DNA of 64,000 nucleotides from contig CAWFCQ010000006.1 of assembly GCA_963814375.1 (NCBI GenBank), positions 528-64,527 of the forward strand, read 5' to 3'. The position numbers and the translations under genes are program-made. This DNA comes from an uncultured Chloroflexia bacterium. Lineage in GTDB: Bacteria > Chloroflexota > Limnocylindria > QHBO01. The notes below the pieces were generated by a model, which was given only the letters and a program-made list of their open reading frames with translations, made no database searches and was not told the origin of the DNA. Positions 51,935-60,976 of this stretch are shown one piece after another; the first letter of the stretch is position 1; each line of letters starts with the position of its first letter.

Positions 51935-52946
51935 ATGCCGTTCCTCCCGGTCGTTCTGATCGTCGTCTGGCAGGCGCTGAGCCGCTCCGCCTCCTTCGCC
52001 CTGGGCTGGGCCACCGCGCTGTACTTCGGCCAGGTCCCCGGCCGCCCCGGCCGCATCCTGTCGGTGATCAGCCTGCTGGCCGCGGGCTGGGTCATCCTGC
52101 TCATCGGCTTCGCGATCCCGATTTTCGGCGGCGCTGCTCCTCGAGGCCCTCGGCCTCATCGACGAGAACTTCGACCTCGAGCCGATCCACTACCTCGGCC
52201 TCATGGCGGCGGTGGTCGCCATCCCGCTCTTCGTCGCCGGATCGGTCGTGTACGGCGAGTTCGAGGAGGAGAAGTCGACCGGCGCCTGGGTCCGCCTCCT
52301 GCCGGTCAGCTACCCGGCAACCTTCATGCTCGGCGTCTCGGTCCTCCTCATGGTCGTCATCACCCCGTTCCTGCTCTTCCAGCGCTGGCGGCAGAAGCGA
52401 GCCTTCGTCCAGGTGCCGGTCATCCAGCGCGAGGGGTCCGACGACGATCTGCTCGACGCGGTCGGCGCCGCGCTGAAGCAGGTCGGGATCGAGAAGGTCG
52501 CGGCTCGCGAGGCTGAAGGTCCCAAGTCGTGGCCGATGCGCACGGTGGCGTTTGCCACCAAGCACTTCCTCGGCGCCGTCGTTCGTGGCAAGCCGATCGA
52601 GCTGGCGGCCGACGGCCTGGAGATCTATGTCTACGCCACCAACGTCTCGATCCTGGGGCCGAAGGAGGACGTCTTCCGCGCGCGCGCTGCGATCGAGCGC
52701 GAGCTCGCCTTCGCCGATGCGTACATCACCTGGAACGAGGAGGCGCAGGGCTTCGAGCGCGAGCTGATGGAGGCGCACGCCGCCGCCAACGGCGACCACG
52801 CCGGCCTCGAGCGCCGCCTCGACGAGATCCAGGGACGAATCGACGCGGCCAGCCTCAACAGCGAGGAGTGGAACGTCCTCTATCGGCTGAGGCTCCAGGT
52901 CGCCGATCGCGCCGGCCGTCACGAGGTGGCGAAGACGCGCCACTAG
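51935..52946 (+). pseudogene. membrane protein with soluble C-terminal domain, split by one frameshift near 52121-52135
   Basis: MPFLPVVLIVVW...LLIGFAIPIFGG (frame of 51935) continues as ALLLEALGLIDENFDLEPIHYLGLMAAVVAIPLF... in the frame of ORF 52203-52946. Confidence 0.5.
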
Positions 52947-52955
52947 GATGGCGCG

Positions 52956-54122
52956 ATGCGAGCCCTCCGCCGCATCGGCCTCGCGCTGCTGGTGCTGGTC
53001 GTCATCCTCGTCGCGTGGGAGCCGTCGCGAGTCGCGATCCAGACCGCGGTGCTGCTCCCGAACATGCTCGACGCCGGGCCGAAGCCGCTCAACCTGCTGA
53101 CTGCGGCGCCCAGCCGGTCGAGCGTGGAGTACCGACCAGCGGCGGATGGGAATCCTCCGGACCAGGCTGAGCTGTGGCTGCCGGCGGGAGCATCCGCGGA
53201 GCGCCCGGCAGGAGCCATCCTCCTCGTCTTCGGCGTCAACAACCTCGGTCGCAACCACCCGGCCATCGTCCGCGTCGCCGATGGCCTGGCGCGAACGGGA
53301 GTCGCGGTGCTCGTCCCCGACTCACAGACGCTCCTCGAAGGGAGCCTGACGGTCGGTGAGATCGACGGCGTCGTACGTGCCTTCGAGCTGCTTGCCGCCC
53401 GGCCTGAGGTCGACCCGGAGCGCATCGGCATCGTCGGCTTCAGCGTCGGCGGATCGCTCGCGCTGCTGGCGGCCGGCGACCCGCGCATCGCGTCCGACGT
53501 GCGATGGGTGAACGCGTTCGGCGCATTCGCCGATGCCTCGACTTACCTCGCCTCGGTGGCCGCCCACGCCTACCGCGATGCCGATGGCGCTTCGGTCGCC
53601 TGGGAGCCAACACCGCTCGCGCGCGAGGTCTTCCTCCGCTTCGTGCTCGCCCAGGTGCCCGACGATGACGATCGACTGCTGCTGGAGGGCGCCTTCTCTG
53701 TGCCGATCCTCGCCGGGGAGCGACCGGTGGCCGACGCAGCGCTGCGCGAGTCGCTCACCACCGACGCCTCCCGGGCGGTCCACGACCTGGTGACCGCCGC
53801 GGACCTCGAAGCCGCCGCCCAGGCGATCGACGCGTTGCCTGCGGCGAGCCTTGCGTTCATCGACGCGATCTCGCCGATCCGCCACCTCGACGGTTTCTCC
53901 GCGGGGGTTCACCTGATGCACGAGACCGAGGATCACCACGTCCCATACGTCGAGACGCGAGCGCTCGCATCGGCGTATGAGCAGGCCGGGCTGCTGCGGG
54001 AGCACACCGAGTTCCGGCTCTTCGACCACGTCCAGCCGGACGATCTCGACCTGCTCGCGGCTGCACCGGAGCTCTGGAAGCTGCTGCTCCACGTGCGCAC
54101 CCTGCTGGAGGAGTCGCTCTAG
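52956..54122 (+). CDS. alpha/beta hydrolase (dienelactone-hydrolase-like), N-terminally anchored
   Basis: 388-aa ORF with the nucleophile elbow GFSVGGS. Confidence 0.7.
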   Translation: MRALRRIGLALLVLVVILVAWEPSRVAIQTAVLLPNMLDAGPKPLNLLTAAPSRSSVEYRPAADGNPPDQAELWLPAGASAERPAGAILLVFGVNNLGRNHPAIVRVADGLARTGVAVLVPDSQTLLEGSLTVGEIDGVVRAFELLAARPEVDPERIGIVGFSVGGSLALLAAGDPRIASDVRWVNAFGAFADASTYLASVAAHAYRDADGASVAWEPTPLAREVFLRFVLAQVPDDDDRLLLEGAFSVPILAGERPVADAALRESLTTDASRAVHDLVTAADLEAAAQAIDALPAASLAFIDAISPIRHLDGFSAGVHLMHETEDHHVPYVETRALASAYEQAGLLREHTEFRLFDHVQPDDLDLLAAAPELWKLLLHVRTLLEESL

Positions 54123-54967
54123 CCCGCGACGACGAGGGCCACCGCCACCAGGGCCAAACCGAGGCCGGCTGCCTGCGGGCGGTGAATCGGCTCTCGCAGG
54201 ACGGTGGCGGCCAGGAGGACCGTGAAGGCGGGATACAGCGACGAGAGGACTGACGCCACCGCCAGGAGCCCGGACTGCGTGGCCAGGAGGAACAGCACCG
54301 ATGCCGCAGCGGCCAGTGCGCCGACGATCACGCCGCTCGCGCTCGAGACGTCGCGCGGCACCCAGCTCTGCCGCATGACCACGGCCAGACCGATGACGGC
54401 GGGGATCGAGCTGGCCTCGGCCATCGCCAGCGGTGCGATCCCCGCGGAGCCCGGCACCTGTCCCAGCGCCGAGAACATGAGCCCGAATCCGAGTCCGGCC
54501 AGGAGCCCGTCGACGACGCCGCTCCCGAGCCGCGATGGGCTGCGTCCTTCGGCGCCTTGATCATCGCCGGTCGAGACGAGCCAGATGGCCGGCAGCGCGA
54601 GCCCGATGCCGACCCAGGTGAGCAGCGGCGGCCGCTCGCCGGTGACGATGCCCACGAGCACCGGCAGCAGCGCGGCCCCAACCGCGGAGAGCGGCGCGAC
54701 GACGCCCATGCGTCCGGTCGCGAGGCCGCGGTAGAGGAACGCCGTGCCCGTGCCGGTGCCGATGCCCGCGAGCGCTCCCCAAGCCAGGTCGGCTGTCGTC
54801 GGACGGCCGCCGCCGACCATGGCCGCCACACCCATGAGCACCAATGCGGCGACCTGGGTCACGAGCGCCAGCGGCCATACCGATGTCCGCCGCGCCAGGA
54901 GGCCCCCCAGGAAGTCCGATAGCCCGTAGAGCGCGGCGGACCCGAGGGCCAGGACGACGGTCAGCAC
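54119..54967 (-). CDS. EamA/DMT-family transporter
   Basis: 282-aa ORF, about ten TM helices, duplicated EamA pattern. Confidence 0.8.
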   Translation of the reverse strand: MLTVVLALGSAALYGLSDFLGGLLARRTSVWPLALVTQVAALVLMGVAAMVGGGRPTTADLAWGALAGIGTGTGTAFLYRGLATGRMGVVAPLSAVGAALLPVLVGIVTGERPPLLTWVGIGLALPAIWLVSTGDDQGAEGRSPSRLGSGVVDGLLAGLGFGLMFSALGQVPGSAGIAPLAMAEASSIPAVIGLAVVMRQSWVPRDVSSASGVIVGALAAAASVLFLLATQSGLLAVASVLSSLYPAFTVLLAATVLREPIHRPQAAGLGLALVAVALVVAG

Positions 54968-54980
54968 CTCGGCGCGCGGG

Positions 54981-55127
54981 CTAGCGAGGCCCGCCGAACA
55001 GCGCCAGCGACCCGAAGATGAGCAGGACGCCGACCAACACGACGAGCACTCGCCCCAGCCACGGATTGCGACGAGCTGGCAGCGGCTGATACGGACGACC
55101 GCGCCGCCGCCGCTGCGAGCGGCTCAC
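54981..55127 (-). CDS. possible 48-aa single-TM peptide
   Basis: GTG 55127 overlaps the upstream stop (GTGA). Sequence is a basic N-terminus plus VLVVLVGVLLIFGSLALF. Weak call. Confidence 0.3.
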   Translation of the reverse strand: MSRSQRRRRGRPYQPLPARRNPWLGRVLVVLVGVLLIFGSLALFGGPR

Positions 55128-55588
55128 GTGACACCCCAGGTGCGACGGAAGAGAAATGGCACCGTCAGCGCCTCCCGGCTCGAGACCGATCGCAGCTGCT
55201 TCCGCGTCCGCTTGAGGAGCTTCCCGTGGTACGTGCCGTCCCCGTACGGCTCGAGGAGGCGTGCAACGTCCCACTCGCGCACGCCGGCCACCGTGGCCTC
55301 CGGCAGCCAGCGGTCGAGGATCGCCTTCGCCTCGTCGATCGCCACGAATCGGCGCGAACGCGTGGCGTTGTCGAGGGTGATGAGCGCGTTCTCGAAGCTC
55401 ACATCGACGTCCTCCACCAGGGTCGTCAGCCGCTCCATGGTCCCCGGCATCCGTTCCGGCTTGAAGAGCCCGGTCAGCAGGGTCCGCCGGTCGGGCGTGG
55501 GGAGCGTCTCGAGCACGGGTCGGAGACTCGGGACGCCGGCCGCGTCATCGGCGGCGGGCACGTCGTAATCGTAGAGGCGGACCATCAT
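55124..55588 (-). CDS. hypothetical protein
   Basis: 154 aa from MMVRLYDYD. Coding-like composition, no family recognised. Confidence 0.55.
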   Translation of the reverse strand: MMVRLYDYDVPAADDAAGVPSLRPVLETLPTPDRRTLLTGLFKPERMPGTMERLTTLVEDVDVSFENALITLDNATRSRRFVAIDEAKAILDRWLPEATVAGVREWDVARLLEPYGDGTYHGKLLKRTRKQLRSVSSREALTVPFLFRRTWGVT

Positions 55589-55680
55589 CGGTCCGGTGAT
55601 CCTAGCCCGGGCATCGGCGGGACTACAATTCGGCACGCCCCGATGGGCGCCCACACCCCGCTCCGGAGGCTCTTCCTCGT

Positions 55681-56481
55681 ATGCTCCTCGAAGGCAAGAA
55701 GCTGCTCATCACCGGCGTCCTGACCGACGACAGCATCGCGTTCTCCGTGGCGAGGGTGGCCCAGGAGCAGGGGGCCGAGATCCTCCTCACGAACGTCGGG
55801 AAGGGCGTGCGGCTGACCGAGCGCGTCGCGAGGAAGCTGCCGACCACACCCGACGTGATGCAGATGGACGTCAACGCGCCCGACGACGTGAGCGCCATCG
55901 CCGAGGAGCTGACGCGCCGATGGGGCCGCGTCGACGGCGTGCTCCACGGGATCGCGTTCGCGCCGCAGGACGCACTCGGCGGCAACTTCCTGACCGCGCC
56001 GTGGGAAAGCGTGGCGATCGCGTTCCAGACATCGGCCTATTCGCTCAAGGCGCTGGCGACGGGCCTGCTCGAGCCGCTCAAGGTGGCCGGCGCGGACGGT
56101 GGAGCATCGGTCGTGAGCCTCACCTTCGACGGGCGCGTGGCCTGGCCGATCTACGACTGGATGGGCGTGGCCAAGGCCGGCCTCGAGGCGACCACCCGCT
56201 ACCTGGCGCGTGACCTCGGCGAGCACAGCATCCGCGTCAACACCGTCTCGGCCGGGCCGATCCGCACGATGGCGGGCAAGAGCATTCCGGGCTTCGACGC
56301 CATCGCCGGCTCGTGGGCAACCCGCGCTCCGCTGGCGTGGTCACTGACCGACGCCACCCCGGTCGGCGAGATGTGCTGCTTCCTGCTCAGCGACATGGCG
56401 TCGATGACGACCGGCGAGATGATCCACGTCGACGGCGGTTATCACGCGCTGGGCGCCGACTTCAAGACCTCGGCAGAGTAA
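55681..56481 (+). CDS. fabI: enoyl-ACP reductase (NADH), FabI/InhA type
   Basis: 266-aa ORF: GKKLLITGV...SIAF...Y.WMGVAK..LE...RYLA..LG...IRVN.VSAGPI.T. Confidence 0.9.
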   Translation: MLLEGKKLLITGVLTDDSIAFSVARVAQEQGAEILLTNVGKGVRLTERVARKLPTTPDVMQMDVNAPDDVSAIAEELTRRWGRVDGVLHGIAFAPQDALGGNFLTAPWESVAIAFQTSAYSLKALATGLLEPLKVAGADGGASVVSLTFDGRVAWPIYDWMGVAKAGLEATTRYLARDLGEHSIRVNTVSAGPIRTMAGKSIPGFDAIAGSWATRAPLAWSLTDATPVGEMCCFLLSDMASMTTGEMIHVDGGYHALGADFKTSAE

Positions 56482-57227
56482 GCGCGCCTCGCCTGCGGTT
56501 GCACCCCGCGCGATGCATCCGACGCCGACTCCAGGTCCAGCAGGAACCGCTTCGCGGGCAGCCCGCCGCCGTAGCCGCCGAGGCCGCCGCCACTTGCGAC
56601 CACGCGATGGCAGGGAATGATGATCGCCAGCCGGTTCGACCCGTTGGCGCGGCCCACCGCGCGCCAGGCGTTCCCCGCCTCGACGCGCGCGGCCAGCTCG
56701 CGGTACGCGATCGTCTCCCCGTAGGGAATCCGCCTCAGCTCGCCCCAGACTCGCTCCTGGAAGCCGCTTCCCGGCGTGCGCAGCGGCAGGTCGAACTCCT
56801 CCCGCCTCGCCGTGAAGTACTCGCCCAGCTGGCGCTCCGCGCGTTGCAGCAGCGGCGAGTCGCCCTCTGTCGTCGGACCGATGCGACGGCGGACCGACGC
56901 GAGCTGCGCGGGCATCATCCGTCGATCCGAGAAGTCGGCGAGGACGAGTGCATCGTCGGTGGCGCCGATCGTCATCGGCCCGATCGGCGTGTCGATGTGG
57001 CGGAGCGTGACGGGCATCGCGTCGTCGGGATGGCATCGCAGGCAGGCGCGATACCCGTCCGCGCGTGCCGCGGCCGCATCGGCCATGAAGGTCACGTTCC
57101 TCGGCAGGGGCTTGCGGACGCGGCAGGATGGCCGGCAATAGATGCCGGTCGTTCGGACGGCGGCGACGAAGCGGCCGTCGTAGGTGGGGTCGGAGGCGGC
57201 GAAGGCTCGCTCGAACTCGATGGTCAT
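56442..57227 (-). CDS. Ada-type Zn-binding domain fused to O6-methylguanine-DNA methyltransferase
   Basis: Reading from MTIEFERAF: YCRPSCRVRKP...ACLRC, and the active site IIIPCHRVV. Confidence 0.85.
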   Translation of the reverse strand: MTIEFERAFAASDPTYDGRFVAAVRTTGIYCRPSCRVRKPLPRNVTFMADAAAARADGYRACLRCHPDDAMPVTLRHIDTPIGPMTIGATDDALVLADFSDRRMMPAQLASVRRRIGPTTEGDSPLLQRAERQLGEYFTARREEFDLPLRTPGSGFQERVWGELRRIPYGETIAYRELAARVEAGNAWRAVGRANGSNRLAIIIPCHRVVASGGGLGGYGGGLPAKRFLLDLESASDASRGVQPQARRAYSAEVLKSAPSA

Positions 57228-57262
57228 GCTGCTGAAACGCGCCGCCCGTGGACGACGTGAGA

Positions 57263-57670
57263 TCAGGCGTTGCCAGGGCGCTGGCGCAGGATCAGGTTGA
57301 CGGTGAACGGGCTGCTGCCGAGCACGTCGTCGCCGGCGCGCATCTCCACCCGATGCCGGCCGATCTCCTCGATCTTCATCCCCTTGAGGTCGGCCACGAT
57401 GTTCGCGGTCGACGCGTTGGGCGGCACCTCGATCCGCAGCCGGGGAGACTGCTGGAGCGATGCCTTCCCGCTCGGGCCCACGACCTGGATGCTGAGCTCG
57501 TGGCTGCCAGGCGTCGCCTCCAGGATGGCGACGATGAAGCATCGGCCATGCGTGGTCGGCAGCCGCGCGATGTTGATCTGGCTGAAGACGCCGATGGCGC
57601 TGATCTTTCCGTCCTGCGCCGTCATGGCGTAGTCGCACATCAGGAGGGTGTGGAGCTGGAGGTCCGCCAT
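57263..57670 (-). CDS. hypothetical beta-rich protein
   Basis: 135-aa ORF: MADLQLHTLLMCDYAMTAQDGKISAIGVF... No family assigned with confidence. Confidence 0.55.
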   Translation of the reverse strand: MADLQLHTLLMCDYAMTAQDGKISAIGVFSQINIARLPTTHGRCFIVAILEATPGSHELSIQVVGPSGKASLQQSPRLRIEVPPNASTANIVADLKGMKIEEIGRHRVEMRAGDDVLGSSPFTVNLILRQRPGNA

Positions 57671-57746
57671 TCGCCTCAGTCTACGGGCTCACCGAAGGCG
57701 AGCCGCAGGTACGCGGCCACCCGAGTCATCCGCCGCGGGGAAGCGG

Positions 57747-58109
57747 TCACTTCGTGGCGTAGTGGTCCGCTCCAAGAAGGTGGATGCTGACGTAGGGCTC
57801 GTCGCCGATGACGACCGAGTCGTGCCCCGGCCCGATCTCGAACAGGTCGCCGGGACCGACCTCGACCACGCGGCCGTCGGTCATCTCGATCCGGTTGCGC
57901 CCCGAAACGACGAGCCCGACATGTGCGACCTCGCAGACCGCCTGGCCGAGCCCCTTGCCCACATGCTCGGACCAGCGCCAACCCGGCTGGTAGGTGGCGC
58001 GGCCGAGCGTCATCCCGCCGATCTCGACGAGGTCGAAGCCGCCCAACGGGAAGTCGCGATGCTCGTCGGGATCGTCGAAGCGGCGGACGCTGGCGACGGA
58101 CTCGGGCAT
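57747..58109 (-). CDS. cupin-domain protein
   Basis: 120-aa ORF: G.R.SEH......H.G.V.SG......DG......PGD...I.PGHD. Confidence 0.7.
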   Translation of the reverse strand: MPESVASVRRFDDPDEHRDFPLGGFDLVEIGGMTLGRATYQPGWRWSEHVGKGLGQAVCEVAHVGLVVSGRNRIEMTDGRVVEVGPGDLFEIGPGHDSVVIGDEPYVSIHLLGADHYATK

Positions 58110-58112
58110 CGG

Positions 58113-58598
58113 TCAGCTTCCCTCGGCATCTTCGGTGTAGAGATCCGGGTCGAGGAGCCAGGCAATCTCGCCGCCGCCGGGCTCGGGGATCCCGTAGAAC
58201 TCGAGGCAGGCGAGGCCGCCCTTGCGCATCCGCACCGATGCGGCTCCGCTCAGCTCCACGACCGCGGCCGACAGGTCCGGCTCGTGGCCGACGAACATCA
58301 CGCGTCTCGCATCCGGGTGCTCGGCCATCGCGCGAGCCAGGTCACCCCACGAGGCGCCGGGCCGCAGCCGGTCGTCGGTGATCGGCTGTCCGCCGACCGA
58401 CTCGCATAGGAGCTCCGCGGTCTGGAGCGCGCGCGGCAGCGGCGAGCTGAGCACCACGTCCGGCCGCAGGTTCAGCCGACGCCACAGCGGCGAGGCAGCG
58501 CGGAGCGCCTCCCGCCCCTTCTCGGTCAGCTCCCGCGCGTCGTCATTCGTCGCTCGCGGCTGGCCGGCCTTCCCATGCCGCAGGAAGTAGAGGATCAC
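58113..58598 (-). CDS. sixA: phosphohistidine phosphatase SixA
   Basis: ILYFLRHGKA...LT.KG......SSPL.RA.QTA...VGHEP. The GTG start overlaps the hsp20 stop (GTGA). Confidence 0.8.
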   Translation of the reverse strand: MILYFLRHGKAGQPRATNDDARELTEKGREALRAASPLWRRLNLRPDVVLSSPLPRALQTAELLCESVGGQPITDDRLRPGASWGDLARAMAEHPDARRVMFVGHEPDLSAAVVELSGAASVRMRKGGLACLEFYGIPEPGGGEIAWLLDPDLYTEDAEGS

Positions 58599-59008
58599 GC
58601 GGTCCCGGCTCGATCGTCATCGTCGCCGCCCCGCGTGCCGCGATGCCCGGCCGCCACTCCGCGGGCGTGGCCGGTGCGCTGCACGAGCATTCGCCCGCCG
58701 TTCGTGGCGCCCGTCTTCGGGAACGTGATCGAGAGGACGCCGTTGCCGTACGTGACGTTGGCGCGCATCGCATCAACGGGACAGGGCAGATCGATCGACC
58801 GCTCGTACGGACCGTACGACCACTCGCGCACGAGGTACTCGATCCGCTCCTGGCCCTCGCCGTGCTTGCTCGAGCGGACAGTGAGCTGGCCATCGTCGGT
58901 GACGTCGATGCTGATGTTCTCGGGTGAGACGCCCGGCATCGGCGCCACGACCATGAGCTCGCGGTCGTTCTCGAAGACGTTGATCGGGACGGCGGTCGCA
59001 TCGGTCAT
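58595..59008 (-). CDS. small heat-shock protein (Hsp20/alpha-crystallin)
   Basis: ATG 59008 after a GGAGGAG RBS: VAPMPGVSPENISIDV....L.V......ER...LP..V......A...NGVL.I. Confidence 0.85.
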   Translation of the reverse strand: MTDATAVPINVFENDRELMVVAPMPGVSPENISIDVTDDGQLTVRSSKHGEGQERIEYLVREWSYGPYERSIDLPCPVDAMRANVTYGNGVLSITFPKTGATNGGRMLVQRTGHARGVAAGHRGTRGGDDDDRAGTA

Positions 59009-59070
59009 GAGTGCTCCTCCTGCAAATCCGATGCTACCCCCCATGATCGGCGCGGCTCTAGAGTTGACGC

Positions 59071-59496
59071 ATGCAGCGATCGACGACGAACCCCGACGAT
59101 CACATCGCATCCCTGCCCGATGGCGTCCGCGACGACATCGCCACCCTCGACGCGGCGATCTCCGAAGTGATGGCGGGGCAGGAGCGCGTCCTGTGGGAGG
59201 GGGTCTTCTGGGGAGGCACCGAGCAGCGGATCATCGGCTACGGCTCCTACCACTACAAGGGTCGCAGCGGCGCCGAGGGCGAGTGGTTCATCGTGGGGCT
59301 CGCCGCGCAGAAGAACTACCTCAGCGTCTACGTCAACGCCACCGACGACGGTCAGTCCGTGGCGAAGACCTACGCACCGCGCCTCGGAAAGGTGAAGGCC
59401 AGCAGCGCGAACCTCCAGTTCAAGCGCGTGGCCGACATCGACCTCGACGTGCTGCGCGAGATCGTGACCCGCGCCCGGGAGCTCAACGCGGCATGA
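59071..59496 (+). CDS. DUF1801-domain protein
   Basis: 141-aa ORF: ...IIGYGSYHYKGRSG.EGEWF.VGLA.QKNYLSVYV. Confidence 0.7.
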   Translation: MQRSTTNPDDHIASLPDGVRDDIATLDAAISEVMAGQERVLWEGVFWGGTEQRIIGYGSYHYKGRSGAEGEWFIVGLAAQKNYLSVYVNATDDGQSVAKTYAPRLGKVKASSANLQFKRVADIDLDVLREIVTRARELNAA

Positions 59497-59547
59497 GCGC
59501 ATCTCGATTGGTCGTCGTGGGTCATCCAGAGGGCGTTATGTACGGTC

Positions 59548-59695
59548 AGATTCACATGAGGCGTGCGTTACGCGGCCACGCGAGCGACGAACGGTCATCG
59601 CGAGCCTCTGCTGCACACGCGGTGTGAATCTGGACTCTTCGGCGCGCCGAACCGCGCGTAACGCACGCCTGGCGTGAATTCGGGCGCTTCGCGGG
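59548..59695. mobile_element. MITE-like ~149-bp element, copy 3 (best-preserved terminal inverted repeats)
   Basis: ATTCACATGAGGCGTGCGTTACGCGG (59550-) matches the reverse complement of CCGCGCGTAACGCACGCCTGGCGTGAAT (-59678). Internal blocks GAACGGTCA and GGTGTGAATC are shared with copies 1 and 2. Confidence 0.6.
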
Positions 59696-59699
59696 GGCG

Positions 59700-60932
59700 T
59701 CAGTCCGGGAAGGCCTCCGGGCCGCGTTCGGAGAGCTCGCGAGCGTGCTCGTGCGAGTCGTCCGGCGGGATCCACGAGTACGGGTATCGGTCGTCCTCGA
59801 GCTCCGACGCCTGCTTCGTGAGATGGAGCGGGTGGAACGTGTCGATCATGACCGCCAGCTCCTCGGTCGCCTCCTTGCCGATCGACGCCTCGACCGATCC
59901 CGGGTGCGGGCCATGGGGAATGCCGGCCGGATGGATCGTGAAGGACGAGATGTCGACCCCGCGGCGCGACATGAAGTTGCCGGCTACGTAGTAGATGACC
60001 TCGTCGGAGTTGATGTTCGAGTGGTTATAGGGGGCGGGAATCGCGAGCGGGTGGTAGTCGAACTTGCGGGGGACGAACGAGCAGATCACGTAGTTGCGGG
60101 GCTGGAAGGTGAGGTGCACCGGCGGCGGCTGGTGGACGCGCCCGGTGATCGGCTCGAAGTCGCCGATGTTGAAGGCGAACGGCCACAGGTGCCCGTCCCA
60201 GCCAACCAGATCGAACGGGTGATGGTGGTAGTGGTAGGCCGTGACGCGGCCGCGGGTCTTGACCTCGATGACGTAGTCGCCCTCGTCGAGGATGGGCGCC
60301 ATCTCGGCCGGCGGGCGGATGTCGCGCTCGCAGTACGGCGAGTGCTCGAGCAGCTGGCCGAAGTCGTTGCGGTAGCGCTTCGGCGGCACGATGGCCGACG
60401 GAGACTCCGCCCACAGCATGCGCTGATCGCCGGATGACGGCCGCAGACGGAACGTCGTGCCGATCGGGATGACGAGGTAGTCGCCCGGCCCGTAGTCGAT
60501 CGGCCCGAAGTTCGTCTCCAGGGTGCCCGTCCCGGTGTGGACGAAGTACATCTCATCGGCCTCGCCGTTGCGGTAATACCGCTCCATCGGCTCAGCCGGC
60601 AGGACCACGCCGAAGGTGACGTCCCCGTTGTAGAAGAGCGGTACGCGCCCGCTGACCCCGTCACCCTTCGGCTCGAGATCCTTGGTGTTGACGAGCCGAT
60701 GCCGATGCGCTCCCGACGCCTCGTCGTCGCTCTGCTCGAGCCGGACGTCGCGGACCTTCTCGACCTGGTGCGTCTGCGTCGGCGGCGTGTGGTGGTAGAG
60801 CAGGCTGGCGCGCCCGCTGAAGCCCTCGATGCCGAAGAGCTCCTCCGCGTAGAGGCCGCCGTCGGGCTTGCGGAACTGGGTGTGGCGCTTGTGCGGGATC
60901 TCGCCACGCTGGAGGTAGAACATCGGCCCCAT
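59700..60932 (-). CDS. hmgA: homogentisate 1,2-dioxygenase
   Basis: Long intact ORF: ...FYNGD....V...G.G.L.T.FG......GDY.VIP.G...R...HPAG.PHGP. ATG is 60932 or 60923. Confidence 0.85.
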   Translation of the reverse strand: MGPMFYLQRGEIPHKRHTQFRKPDGGLYAEELFGIEGFSGRASLLYHHTPPTQTHQVEKVRDVRLEQSDDEASGAHRHRLVNTKDLEPKGDGVSGRVPLFYNGDVTFGVVLPAEPMERYYRNGEADEMYFVHTGTGTLETNFGPIDYGPGDYLVIPIGTTFRLRPSSGDQRMLWAESPSAIVPPKRYRNDFGQLLEHSPYCERDIRPPAEMAPILDEGDYVIEVKTRGRVTAYHYHHHPFDLVGWDGHLWPFAFNIGDFEPITGRVHQPPPVHLTFQPRNYVICSFVPRKFDYHPLAIPAPYNHSNINSDEVIYYVAGNFMSRRGVDISSFTIHPAGIPHGPHPGSVEASIGKEATEELAVMIDTFHPLHLTKQASELEDDRYPYSWIPPDDSHEHARELSERGPEAFPD

Positions 60933-60976
60933 TATGGCCGCGCATCCGTGGCCGATGCCTTGCACTCCCGGCCGGC

